The notes under the pieces were generated by a model. It did no database searches. It was not told the origin of the DNA and was given only the letters and a program-made list of their open reading frames with translations. A program made the translations under genes and the position numbers. A DNA stretch of 64,000 bases, from the NCBI GenBank assembly GCA_000708835.1, contig DF237470.1:1-64000 (forward strand). Reading direction: 5' to 3'. Origin of the DNA: Klebsormidium nitens. Its lineage: Eukaryota; Plantae; Klebsormidiophyceae. Shown here piece by piece: positions 23,401-36,500 of the stretch. Numbering within the stretch: the first letter of the stretch is position 1; each line of letters opens with the position of its first letter.

Positions 23401-26400
23401 CCGCACGAGAACGCCAGCGTTGGGAAGCTTCTCGCCCGCTTGGAGCTCGGCACCATCGTGAGGAAACGCCTGCTAGAGCAGGAATACTGACGTCAATGTA
23501 GGTGTTAGCTGAAGGGGGACTCCTGAAGCGAAGTACTTAGAATCGCCGTTCTCCTGATCAACCAGATGGAGAACTTTCTGGCAACAAGCATTTTCCGCAA
23601 CAGGGGCAACTCAGAGTACCCGGCACCTCTCCAAAAGATGCTTGACACAGGTCAAAGAACGAGGAGTTTATAGGCATCCAGTAGGACTGTACAGAGTTGG
23701 AAAAATTCAGCTATGTGCTTCTTGCTTCAAATAAGTGACTTTGGACTGAGGACAAAGGAATGAGGACGAGACAGCGAAATGCTATTTTCACAGAAAACCG
23801 TCTCAGGTCCACGCATGTGATATAGACAACGGCCGCGTCTCAAAGTGACTGGCGGGGTTTACACAGTCTTCGCCAATCCGATTCGTGCCTAAAAGCAGAG
23901 AAGGTGTTCAAGAATCGCAAGCCGGTAATTTAAGGTATGTAGAATGCTGCAACGCCCATTTTGATAAAACAGCAAGCTTCGCACCTTTTCGCCAGCCCCG
24001 GCCGCCTCCTCCTCGTTCAGAATGTCCACGTAACCTGGCAGACTTGCCTCCTCGTCGCGAATCATCTTCGCCCAGTCTGCCGGGTTCACGCGGACAATCT
24101 GCGCGGCAACCAGAGCGTTCATGCCGTTTTCGCCAGCTCGAAGTGCTTACACGCAGAGCGAGAAACCCGCAGAGGAATCTTGCAATCCAAGGGCGCAAGG
24201 GGCTTCGACATAAGCGATGATTATCACTTGGAACGAGCAGAAGGCAGGTTGAGAAAGGGCATAAGCCTACGAGTATTGCGGCAAAAGTTTGGTGTCTGCA
24301 ATAATTGCTTACGTCTTGAAGGATGATCCGATTCACGTGCGCAATCTCGCAGCCCGTTCCCAGGCGGAATCTGGGGAACTCGCCCCTCTCGGTCAGGACG
24401 CTCGACCGGCATCTGTCAGGTTGGCTTCGATCGTGGGGGCGGTAGACGAACCTGCCACAATCCAGAAATCCAGTTTTCAATTTAGCAGCTCAAAAGAAGT
24501 CCAAGCTCGCGGCAGCTATGCTAAGACTTGGGCAGCTTGCTTGAAACAGAAGTTGTGCTTCGCAATTTCCGGCCGATATTCACATGCTGAGAACGAAGAG
24601 CCCCGCCGACTTGGTAGTTGTCCGCACTACTCCGGGAGCGCAGCGAGTGTTTGATGACAGCCTGCTGGCATCCAAGCTTGCCGCTACCAAAAGAACGACC
24701 ACCCTTACTTGGGGTAGCCGTTGACACAGCCACGATCTACCTCATTCCGAAAAAGACACCTACGACAAGGTGCCGTCTGACACGTTGGTATGCCCAGCAT
24801 CCATTCAAGCAAGATAACGCTTACACTGAAAAGGAGTCGTTTGCATCAACGCAGCATCATGACGACGTGCGTCAAAGAACCCTCGAATAAGCGAGCGTTC
24901 CACCAAAGTTCCAAACAAGGACGCTTCGAGCTTACCGGATGTCAGCGGGCGATTCATCCATCCCCGGGTACAGGAACCACTCGATGGTCGCAAAACGGCC
25001 CTTGGCCATCTTCACTCGGAGCTGTTGAGAGCCGTCCGATGCTGACGCCTCCCAGGTTCCCGGCTTGCCGTCGATGGGAATCTGGGCCCGTCTAAGGAAC
25101 GTCACCATCTCGAGGTCGATGCCCCCAAGAGAAGTGCGGAGCTGGTCGTCGCAGAGCACGAGCACCTTGCTCTCCTGGTCGCACTTAACCTGTACATCAA
25201 GAGCGAAAAGTTGCGGGGAATCCCTTGGATGGTCCAAGCATGCTTTTGTAAGCACGACCTATCTTGGAACACTTTCGCGGAACGTGTCGAGCTACGAAAC
25301 CAACTTCGCGCTTTCTTTCCGATTTTCACCGATAACTGAAACGGGAGGATTACAAAGCAATGGCGAGAAAGCACCAGCAGGACCTTGTCACTGAAAAGCG
25401 GAGAAGTATTGCCAGCGACATATGAAAGCCGTCATCTCACAAGATCCACTTGATCCACTTGTGAAACATTTTGGAGCATTTGAATTTCAACGTCATCTGC
25501 AGAGCTTGCTACAAAGGGCGTGATCGAATGGTTGTGAGCGCTGGCGGTTAACAAGCAAAAGTGCAATTTTCCTTGACGCGGGTATGTCTGCGACACTGAA
25601 GCATGGTTTTGAGGACGCTGCAATAATCAAGGGGGTCCACTAGAGACCAACGTCCTTATCACTCCGTGACCAAGAATAGGTTTCACAGACGCATGATTGC
25701 GTCATCGTACGCCATGCTCACCTCATCGTCCAGCAGCCTGTGCTGATTGAACACCCAGTTGCGGTACTGCTCCGCCAACTTGCCGACGTTCGTCACTTCG
25801 TCCCACCTCGGCCCACTTCGCCCTGACGTCAGCACTCGGATCTTCACTTTCACGCCCTTTGCCGTGCTCTTCGCAACCACTTCGTCTTTCTCGCCGAGCA
25901 TCATCAGGGCCCTGTTGAACGGCTTGTCGACCGCGAGCGCCGTCTTCGTCTCGGAGGGGGTGAAGCCTCCGTCCAGGTAGACGATGCCTCTCACCCGGTT
26001 CATAGCCTGCGACCAGAAATGAGCCGGGCCTTTGTTCATAAAGTGGTCATATTTGTATCCTTAATAATGCCGCATCGGCCCCAAGGGTGCGTACCGACCC
26101 TAGGAACCCACTTTGGACATAATGACATTCTTGGTTGCTCGGACCGACGGCTGAAACTTAATCCGTTTCAAAGGTGCGGAGGGCGCTGTACTATACTGTA
26201 CGCACAGACCCTATAAACTTTTTCGGGGTCGGGCCCACCCTAGAATGGTTGCGATCCCGAACTTTAGGATGGAATTTCCGCCTTAAGGGTGGAAGATCCA
26301 CCTTAAGGGTCTCAATTCCGACCCCAAGGGACGTCGCGATCTCAAATGTGACCACCCTAAAAGATGCACCTCAACTTTAGTAGGGATAATCGAGCAGATT

Positions 26401-29400
26401 GCCGTGTTCTTTTGACGTTTGGAGATGCTTCAGGCATTCTGCAAACACGACTCGACGCAAGAACGGTGAGACATGCGCCAGTCTAGCCTCTGAAATGATT
26501 TGACTAGACAGGACTGAGATCGGCGCGCGTCACCTGAGGCATTCAATCTGTGACTTTCTCAGCCATATTTAGGCCCTGGCAGTACTTGAAGCACCTCGCT
26601 TGACCAGAGTTGCCTCGACAAACCTGAGCGGCTTTTCCCAGAATTGTCGCACATTTGTGTTGGGCTGCACCTATATCTGCGGCGTTTCAAAAATCGGGTT
26701 TTCCAACCAGACAGAGTCGTTACACTCGGAGGGGGCAGATGGACAATGTAACATACCGTGGGTGGCGGTTCCTTGGCCTTTTGAGCTTGTGTCGCGCGTG
26801 GGGGCAGACTTTGGAAGGGCAGACCGGGAAAACCTAGGTTGGCATCAGGCAGCCACCGGGCCATCCAGCAAAAGGCAGTTCGCCAAGCGGTGCTGAACGT
26901 GACGCCTGCCAAAAGTCGGAACCGTCGAAGTCAGGAACATTATAGAAATAGACTCGCAGGGTTGTTCCGGTCAGAAGCTGGATTTACTTTTATGACCAAA
27001 GTCAGGCAGTAGCCGGACATTTGAGAGGTTGCAGCGCGATTTTTGATTGGAAAACCTAAGTCTGGTTATCGAGCCAAATTAGCGATTTAAGCCTTCCTGT
27101 GGCTACAGCAGCACGCTTTCGCGGACGGAGAGGAGGAGATTGAGCGAGACGAGCAAACCTTGTTTGTCTTCTCCCAGCACCTCTGTATGACGCGAAGTGT
27201 TTGGAGGTTGCTAACATGCCGCATCAAAAATATAACTTTCTAAGTGCTTCTCACGAAGACCTCCAAAGAAATGGGAAATGACATTCGCCTCAAAGTAAGA
27301 AAAGTAGCAATGTGATGAACAGGGAACAGGAAAAGGCTTGCATTTCAATTGCTTCACATCTGAAGCTGCATTCCAATATGCTGATCGGCTGCGCATATAT
27401 CCCAAAGTACGGTCCAGCAAGCAATCCTGAAACAAGCAGCTCTCGCACGCCAGCGGTCAACTCTGACATTTAATGCAACATTCGCTTCTTTAGGCAGCCG
27501 TCCTCTGGTCAAACGGAGCGCTCTAGCAGAGTTCACCTGGATTTGGATTCGCCTCTAGGGTCGACTCGAGCTGCTCCTCCCCGTCCGCAAACGGCAGGTA
27601 GAAGAGCTCCAGTCGGGCACGTGCCCTGGTCGGCTCCATGCTGTGTCCGGTGCTGGTGCTGGCCGCGGCCGGATTGCTCGAGGCGGAGAGAGCGGGCTTG
27701 CTGAACTCCAGGTCAACAATAAGCGGGCCTCCCCTGCAGGACACCAAACCCCGTCAGACTCTTAGTCGCGGCATATAGCGAGAAGAGAGCAGGGAGTGCT
27801 AGAAAGTGAGATTATCCGGAACGGTGGCTGCTACGATGTAGAGTGTCCAATGCGAGCCTTTGGCTTCTGTTGAGGCGCTGAGACAACAGGAAGTATTCAA
27901 TGGTGAACCAGGTTTATCTTGAGTTGCCTTTCAGTAAGCCAAAGAGACGTTTTTTCGTGTCGCTTGCAATAGTCAATGGCTCAATTGCAACATAGTACCA
28001 TGCCTGCTAATACTATCGTACGTGAACAAACTGCCGCTTGCAAAGACTCAACCGAACCTTAGAAGAAAGGGGATCAGAAGCGCGCGAGTGCGCGAGCCTT
28101 GCAGATCGAAGTGAGGCAGTCAGCATGAGCTCACTTTTCTTGGAAGTTGCCAAGCGCCACGGTCCTCTGGATTTCGCTATCCCACTCGTCGTTCAATTCT
28201 CCCCCGTCAATGGAGATGCTCACGGGCCCTTGTTCACGTTGATCGGGTCTGACTTCGGCAGCTTCGTTTGTGGGGAGAAGATACTTGTGGTACACGTCCT
28301 TCATAAAGGTGCGCAATCTGGCGCTGTCGTATGTGCACGCCTCTGCGTTCAGCTTGGTAATGGTCACCTGCAAAGAATTGCTCATCCTTATCTTATCTTA
28401 CCATCAATTTTATCTTCATCGCTTGTCGTTGTGAGAAGCAGAGCATGCAGCATTACCTTGCTCACAAAAAAAGGGTCTTCCAAGTGGTTTAGAAGTTTTG
28501 TTTTGGCAGGCAAGTGGCTCCAATTAGAAGTCGTTAGGTCAAGCCCCCATTTTCACGGCTGCTCTCATTTCTTCGAAGCAATGCGGACCAGCCATCCTTC
28601 CCTGGCGCACGCGCACGTCTTCCATCCTACACTAGCAAAAGTACAAAAGTACAGGACGTTCTGAGGAAGCTGGGAGGTCATCGTCCGTCCAAAGAGGTTT
28701 GATCAACAGGGTCAAATTCCAGAAGAGGATCAACATTCTGATGTTGGCAGTTGCACGCTTTGTTTCGAGGCCATTTTCAAGAAGCAACTCAAAGAATTCC
28801 ACGTCAAAGAACTCACCCGCGTGAACCCCTTGTACGGAACCTGAGACGGATCCGGATCGCTGTTGACGCTGCCGGCGGCCTGCCACTGCGACTCCTCGAG
28901 CTTGTCCATGTCTAGTTTCAGCTCGGTGACTTGCTTCGCCCCTCGCTTTTTGGATTGAACGGTGGCCGCTCTGCCGAGGTGGAAGCACGCTGCTTTGGCC
29001 CCCACCCCGAACTTGCCGATGTAGGGGAGCCGGAAGGGTGGGGGCACCTTGGTGCTGAGATCGTGCACGTTGACGTTGCGGGAATCGCCGACGGTTCCCC
29101 TGCAATAACCAGAAGAAAGAGGGTATTGTTTCGAGTAGACATGCCATGTTACGAAACAAGTCAGGATCTTCAGATAACGAGCGCAGACACGTTGCGGTCA
29201 GAGAAACTTCAAGCTCGGGTTCTTCGAGACGGTAGAAGAAGTTTCGAACTTGGTTCGGGCACAATAGCTAATTCAATCCTCAAAACAGATTTGAGTCACC
29301 AGTTCTCAGTTAGCAAGTCGTTTTCCAATTGGAAATGAACGACGTAGTCGTCAGTCTGGGATCAGTTGGCCGACTTTCCGGAAGAGATGCTTTGAGGAGC

Positions 29401-32284
29401 TCGGATGAAGGGATATCGGAAGAACGCTTCCTCGTTAAGATCGTTTAGCGATCTGCGTGTTTGCCGAAGCACTCAAAACGTGCCAAACCGTTGCTGCATC
29501 TTGTCATTGTCACTGCAAGCTGCGCCTTACCAGGAGTTGATCTCTTGCTCGTCCATGCCACAGCCGCTGTCCGTGATCTCGACCGACGCGTCTGTGATCT
29601 TGATGCTGCGACAAGCATGCGTTCTTATCAGAATGCATTCGGATTGCTTCTTTGAGTGACCTCCGAGCAACACACGAGAACGGATAGAATAAGACAACGC
29701 ATAGAAATACATCACGAGCTGAGTGCCTCGTCGAAGCTCTTGCAATAGAGACCTGGAGATCCATAGTTGCATCACTCTCGGGGTGCTTTCCACAGGCTCC
29801 CACATCTAAGGAAAGACGAAGACTTGCAACCAGTCATGCTCACCTGATCCTCCGGTGAGTATCGAGTGGTTCCATCCAGATCGCTTGGAGGCAGTTGTCC
29901 TGCAGAAAGATGCAGATTCCACATCTGAGCAGAGTCGAGCCTCTTCTCGCATTGAGAAGGGAGTCACAAGCCCGCACAAGCCTCGGGTTCATTGGCCAAG
30001 TATCCTTGCTAAGCTGCAGCTTTCTTCCACTTTCGAACCAAGGAACGTCAAGCCGGCAGAGGACCAGGTCATTAGAAGAGGGGAGCCCTTGAAAAGACGC
30101 AGCTTCGCACAGCCTTGCACAATCTCGAGCAGAAAGAACAAACCCATCCTCAATGATTCTTGTAACCGACAAATTCTGAATTTCTTACCACGAGCTCAGC
30201 AACTGCTGTGTAGAAGGTATACTGGGTGGAAGACCTAGTGAGCACTCCGGCTTTGGGGACCAGGTTGTACATGGTGTCAAACTTCATGCCGTCAGGATGC
30301 CCTCGATCGCTCTGCAAACACCAAAGAGGCAATTTAAGAAGATGCTGTGACTGTCATGACCAGCAGATACTCTTCCAGCAGAGTTGGAAACAGTTGATTG
30401 AAGGGAACAGATGACGTAATCATGTGCCAAAGATCGATGGCAGCTACTGGGCTGGCAGAGGTGGCAATTCGTCCGCCAGAAAGCGCCTGCTGCAACAACA
30501 GTACTGTTTCATATGGCAACCTGACTTGATAATGTCTTCTTTTTCTTTACATGTGAAGAGAGCCTCTCGTTCATTTGAGACGAGTGACAAGAAAAAAGAA
30601 GTTCTTGAATGTCCTGTTAGCATCTGAAGGACAACTTCAGAAGGTGGGACTACTAGAACTGTAATCAGATAAATACAGTCTACTCAAATCTTTGACAAGA
30701 CAATGCCCTCTTTGCCGCATATTTCACTAAGGCAATGCAACTGCAACATGCACGACAAGGGAGCACATGCCTGCAAATAGCAAAAAACGGGCTCCAACTC
30801 TGGGGAATCCTCAGGCTCAATGCATGCACTGAGGATGTGAGTGGTTGTCCGAGCCTTGCGATGACGTCCTTAGAAACTTGTCCTGCCCTGCCTGGTCCAA
30901 AACCTTCATGCATCAATGTAAAGAGTGGACGGCACTCACCTCCCGAAAAATCCTGAACTTGGCGTCTGATGGCAGGACCTCCTCAGCCAACCGCGTGTCT
31001 GTCAACCTGCCCTTGTAGTCCTCCAACCAAACAGCTCCCTGATTTGGTTCCACGCACGAGGGCCACTCGACGCCCAAACTCCGAGCGACCGACTACAAAA
31101 GGTGGGAAATGTTTCTATGTGGAACCAGAAGGTATGTGAAGACAGAAGGAACAATTGTTGTACAGAAAACTGAATGAGCGCACTTTCAGCCATTTCTGCT
31201 TTCCCTTTGACATACTGTTTTGTGTCTTGGGAGGCCATTACAAGTGAATTGCACATTCCAGTACCACCCCTTACCAGTGAGGCAGAGTGGAGTCATCGTT
31301 AGCCTTGGCTGAAAGAAAAGTGCCCCTAGAACTTTATGGTTGCTCTCGCTTTGAGAAGCTTCTTTCGCACAGCATCCTGGTGAAAGTTGAAACTCCAGAC
31401 AATAGTGCCTGATTTTCAGCAGAACAAATTTTATCAAGCTTGAGATGGTCTTTTGTCAGCTTGGCCTCCCCATCATTGGTGGTTGCATATGATTTACAGG
31501 GTCACAGGCATGCTTGCTTGAACCTTTTGCCAGAAAGCTTGCTTCATAGAGTCACCACCTCACCGTGCCCTCATAAAGCTTGGATGCCCCAGGATCCCAT
31601 GCAAGAACCTCTCAAGAATACAGAAAGAAAAAGAGAACTCAATTCACTGAGAGTTTCCTCATATCAAAGAACAGGCACAGCATTCTGATATGCCTGATTC
31701 CAAGCAACACATCTTACCAGGCTTGAAATGTTCCTTTGTCAGCTTGGCTTCCCCATCACCATTGGTTGCATGAGTTACACAATCACAGGCACTCACTACT
31801 TTCCTTAAACGCTGAGTGCCCCCAGCACACAACGTCAAATCCGTAGAAAACCCCTTGGAATCACGACAGAAGAAAGGAATTGGACTTAATTTACCTCAAC
31901 AATGTGCAGAAAGGCTTTTACAGTCTTGGCCTCATCCAGCAGCTCCATTTCCACCTTCACGTCCCCACGATTTCGGCTCTGCAGAATGGTCACACACGCT
32001 GCCGTCCTTTTCTCCAATCCCGCCCCCTTGCGGCGCTGATTCCCCCGCCTTGCTGATGGAGACAAGCCTGACTTGTCTGAAAGTGCGTCATGGTATGATG
32101 TTGCAACTGAAGCAGAACTGCCTAAGTCAGCTGCTGCAGGAGTCCCTAGGCTCAGCCTAGCTGCGCGCTGCCTCTGCGCAGGGGTGGAGAGACTAGGATC
32201 GCCGCCGGGCTCTTGTGTGAGGTCAAGCACCGGCGGCTGCGCAGCGCCGCCTGAAGTGGCTTTCTCTGCGTCTCTAGTCGACAT
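8465..32284 (-). CDS. GMI1: SMCHD1/GMI1-like protein: GHKL ATPase, transducer, BAH-like segment, Ig-like repeats, coiled coil, SMC flexible hinge (~2,319 aa, 33 exons)
   Basis: Phase-consistent GT-AG exons in transcript order: 32284-31895, 31092-30940, 30311-30189, 29899-29844, 29605-29531, 29099-28817, 28367-28135, 27733-27537, 26905-26757, 26006-25722, 25189-24936, 24451-24313, 24098-23985, 23469-23338, 22957-22772, 22292-22123, 21795-21497, 21075-20954, 20567-20439, 19919-19536, 19024-18878, 18407-18015, 17212-16877, 16192-15976, 15459-14825, 14251-13955, 13247-13089, 12482-12312, 11761-11616, 11042-10913, 10111-9996, 9410-9311, 8704-8465 (6960 nt). GHKL motifs: TAVAELV|DNCLQAIW, ITDSGCGMD, GKFGVGAKAA, GFTR|VTITKL. 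Further SMCHD1/GMI1-like motifs: RLELFYLPF, WMARWLPD, NRVRGIVYLDGGF, YRNWVFNQH, ATIEWFLYPG. Hinge motifs: LLGVVAFLGRVEDD, PPEGFLGYAVNLI, YGLRASLFFFLFGRLQVY. A few junctions (24313/24098, 13955) have alternative sites; extra small exons are not excluded. Confidence 0.93.
26209..26385. mobile_element. Small intronic fold-back (MITE-like) element
   Basis: Lies inside the 26756-26007 intron. Central hairpin ccttaagggtgg-aagat-ccaccttaagg; imperfect ends ccctataaactt / aactttagtaggg. Confidence 0.4.
31452..31791. repeat. Diverged ~58-bp direct duplication in the first intron of the GMI1-like gene
   Basis: tttgtcagcttggc(c/t)tccccatca...ggttgcat...tcacaggca at ~31452-31510 and ~31735-31791. Confidence 0.75.
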
Positions 32285-33543
32285 GCTTGTTATGAGGTTT
32301 CACCACTTAGAGCAACTACGCAGTCACTCTGGCTCTCAAATTGTCCAAAAAATGGGGCTCAATGCTGCTGCAACCATCAAAAGAGTCGCCACCACCACAT
32401 CAATCTCTCGCCACCACCTTTGCTACGTTGCAGCTTGAGGAGCCACGTGACGCACTACCCTCCGCTAGCGACAAGGACGTCTGCTGGGATAAGCTGCATT
32501 CCAGCTGGTCTTCGCCACATTTGTCGTCCTTCATGTTGATCAGCTCATCAGCGTCAAGCAGAGAACTTCTGTCAACAAGTGAGAAGTGGACATTCCAAGA
32601 CTCAAGAGTTCACTTTGAACAAGGAACGTGAAGCGTTGAAGCGCAGGCTCCCGTCCACATTCGCGCCCAGTAATAAGAAAGGAATCACAATTGCCACAGC
32701 TTCTGACCACGTGGATTTTGCAGCGGTACCTGCAGACGGATACACCTTAAAGAGTGTCGCCGAGAAATTAGCCATGCGGTAAGGGATACCGATTAAATTT
32801 AGCGACTTCGAATGAAGGATCTGGGCCATATGGTCGCCGAAGCAGCCACACGGTCTCACATCCTGCAGGCTCGTCGCGGCAGTCGTCATGGCGGCATTGC
32901 ATGGGTTGCGCCGTTCTTCAACTTCAAGTGGATTTTTTTGATTCAGATCTTGCTGCCCATGGATTAAGAACAATGGTGTCTATATGAACCTTCGAAGGCA
33001 GCATTGTCCGAGGTTGTTAACATCAGTTGCAAGAGAACGTTTCTGATGACGGCCCAGACAACAACAATCTTGTAGGTTTCATCGTAGCACAGATCTTCAG
33101 ACCGCATAACTTGCAGTGTCAGCTCGCAGGCACGTCCAATGATATCAGCACTGGGCCAAGATGCATCTGCAATGATGCGAGAGCTGACAACAAAGACTTA
33201 TGAATCCTTGAACGCATTGCTTAGTGCTCCAAACCTCGCCAGCAGAATGAAACCCCGTTTGCACAGAATTCCACTCAAGTTCTCAGGATTTGGCGCGGGA
33301 ACATGAGTGATCGATCATCAGCTGTCCTGGTGAATGCAGCAAGACTTGCCCAGCGCATAGCCATGGCCCCATAGGTCTCTAGATTTAGTTACAGTCAGCC
33401 CGACTCATGATGCTGGGACAGGTGGGGTTCCCTAGGGGCTTATGGGTGAGCACGTGTGTGGAGCTCATATATGACCCGATTCAGGTTCTTGGCTTCGTTC
33501 TGCTTAACCCTTGAGCTGATTATAACTATTTCAGAGTGTTATC

Positions 33544-36500
33544 ATGTCCCCTGCCCCCCGGGTCCGTATGGATCATGGCCTCAAACGAGTCACCAAACGG
33601 TTTCAACGGTCCGGCTACCACCTGCGGCGGTGTCTCCTCATCAACTTGCGCCGCGTCGCAATTCTGCTTGCGATCCTAGTGGGGTTCTACCAAGCGCAGT
33701 GGCTCGTCAAACTCGCCGCAGAACCCTCGGAGGACGGCCAAAACCTGCTCACGCGGAGCATGCGACGCGCCCGTGTGCGGGACGACAAAATGCTCGAGTT
33801 TTCCCACAGGGATCCCCCGGGCCGGGGCAGCTCTTCGTGCCGGTTTCTCCCCCACTCGATCCCCGCGGAAGGGAAGCCCGACCGGCGATTGCGACACCCG
33901 GACGACAGCTGTAACCAGGACGAAGCGTGCACGACTGAGTTTGAGCGGGTTTGCTTAACCCGGAGGGAACCCGCACCGCCACCGGACCCCCCGTACTATC
34001 GAACGGGCCGGCCGTACATGGACGTTGTGGGGGTGGGGCCCAAATGCAAGGATCAGAACGATCTGGCGGTGCTTTACGGGGGGCCGACGTGTCGGCACAT
34101 GGGGAAGCGGTTGCCGCTACGTGCGGCCGGGCCGCTGCCACAGACGGGGCTATTAGAGCCGGATGGGCAGAAGATTGTGTGGAAACCGTGCACATTCATC
34201 ATATACTGCGCGCACGAGGGGTGAGCGAAGTTCCAGGCTCCTTTTCCTCCTTCTCCTTAAGCAGGGAGGGGCAACGGAGCAGTTTCGCCCCTTCTCCTTC
34301 TGGACCCTCAGGCAGAATTTGCCTTTCAGTTGAGGATGCAACGCCGTGATTCAATGGATAGGAAGATATAGTCAGCCCGTGACCGTGCGCCTCTCTGTCA
34401 GATAAGTGCTGTTGACTCCTGGTTACGGGTACTTGTGGTAAACAGCAATCTCCAGGGGCCATCAATGAGTCAGAGCCTCTTTCCTTCGTTGCAAGAGCTT
34501 CTTTTCTGGTCGGGAGATGTGCAAGTCTTGTTGTAACCTGTGATGGGGGGGCAATCGAAGAGATGTTAGTGTACCGACAGATGTGATTTCTCGAGTAGCC
34601 AGCTGCACAGCCAAGCTCGTTTGGCTGACTTTCGTTTGCAATCAATGGAAACATACCATCGTTTTTGGAGTCAGGCTGAGGGCGAAAAAGTGGTACCGAT
34701 TGCAGAACTCTCCTAACTGCGTTTACTTACAGAAACCTTTCAGCTGGGGGAGAGGGAAGGGGCCAGGTTGCATTTGCTTACTTCTTATACCTTCCGCTGA
34801 ACCTCCTTTTCTAACCCGATTCACGAAACCACTTCTGATGAATGTCTTCCTGTGCTTATCAAGCCAGTTGATGCTACTGCCCGCAGTTGTGGCATCGTAT
34901 ACTTCTGTGGGTCATGCGCGGAGAGCATTTTCGACTTGCCCTAGTTGGTCCGATTTAATCCAAACGCCAAGATAAAGCGAGCGAAGAATCTTCTATCCTT
35001 GTTCTCCCAACTTTCAGGGTGCGAAAAACTAAGGGCCCCTCCTCGCTACCGTTTTCGCGGGAGTGTTCCAACTCGGATCACCAGTTCTGCGCTGTCCAGT
35101 CTCGAAGCCGCTTTTCAAGCAGTTTAGTAGTGACTCGCTCTTATCAGCCGCAAATTCTCTTTGTTAACGCAGGTGCGACATGAACTTTTTCCATGCAATT
35201 GCCCTCGCCTACTACTCCACCTATGTCGCCGTTCAAAAACTCGGCCTTACGGACCTGCAAGGCATCGACGTTGAGTTCTACGAGAGCCCCTCGGTTAGCC
35301 CCAACCCAGACGAGGCCAAACCCCCCGAGTTGATTAGAAAAGCGCGCGAGCGGCACACCATGTTTTTGGAGGCGTTTCGCCCCGCGAGCATCAAGTTCGT
35401 CGATATTAGCCTGGAAGCTACCGTCCAGCATTTGGGTTGTTACGAGAGCGTCGCATTTGCGGGGCACATCGAGTGGCCCTGGCACTGCCGAACGACGGGC
35501 ACGAAAGTCGATCCGATGCTCGCGGGGTTTTCCAGCTTCATCGCCAAGTCGCTCGGGTTCGCGCCCCGTCCGACGCTCCCCCGCGAGGACCACATTCTCT
35601 ATTTCAAGCGCGAGACCACCGTTCGAACCCTGAGAAACTCAGCGGAGCTCGAAGCCGCGTTTCCGGTCCCGTACAACATTTACTCGCCCGGAAACTCGAA
35701 CCAGACGTACCGGGAACGGCTGACGGAGCTGATACAGCTAACGCAACACGCGAGCATTCTTTTCGGGATGCACGGCGCGGGGCTGACGAACGCGATCTTT
35801 GCGGCGCCGGACGCGGTTGTGATCGAGGTTACGAATTGCTACTACCGCATCCCGCTGTACCGTAACCTGGCGGTGCTGACCGGAAAGAACTACCTGGAAC
35901 TGGTGAGGCTCGGGAATATATTCCCGTATCTAGTTCCCTCTCCTGTGGAGGGACATAAACGCATGTTGTCCCTTCTCGCGTTTCGCTTTTCTCGTGCTTG
36001 GCCATCGTTATCCTTGTCACTCTGTGGCTCGTCCTGGCTTCTTTGCGGTTTAATGGGCTCTCGTACTCATTGTTTTGCATTTCGTTCTGCATTTCGTTCC
36101 GCAAATCGTCCTATTTTTAGAACATGTTTGCCGAACTTCCTCTTGTTGGAAAAGCACTGAAAGTCTCTTTCGAAGCTGCTCTTTCTTTCTTGCTCTACGT
36201 TCGCCTTCTCTTTCCTTCCACTATGCATGGCGATTGTTCTTCGTGGTCCAGCACTGAGATCGTAGCATCGTTCAGTTGCTCGCTCGAACCGCGAAGAGCA
36301 AGGTTGGGTGGTAATTTCGAAGCAGATCTACATACGTGCAGCTTTCAAAAAGTCTTTCGAATGGCCCCCTTCCCTTCCAGCAAATCTGCTTCTAATTTTC
36401 GCATCCGAGTTTTTGGTCCTCACCTCGTACAAAAACTTCGTGATCAGATGACGAGAGCCGCTCATCTAACGACGGCAATCAGGGTGCCTCGTGGCAATCG

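Noticed and set aside
8343-31688. Many plus-strand ORFs over the GMI1-like gene (e.g. 19164-20156, 14988-15566, 28038-28664)
   Set aside because: Antisense shadows of GC-rich exons, with no independent motifs.
35903-36160. C-terminal tail of ORF 35180-36160
   Set aside because: Read-through into intron 2; a donor at 35903 and a GT61-like last exon at 37035 explain the true end.
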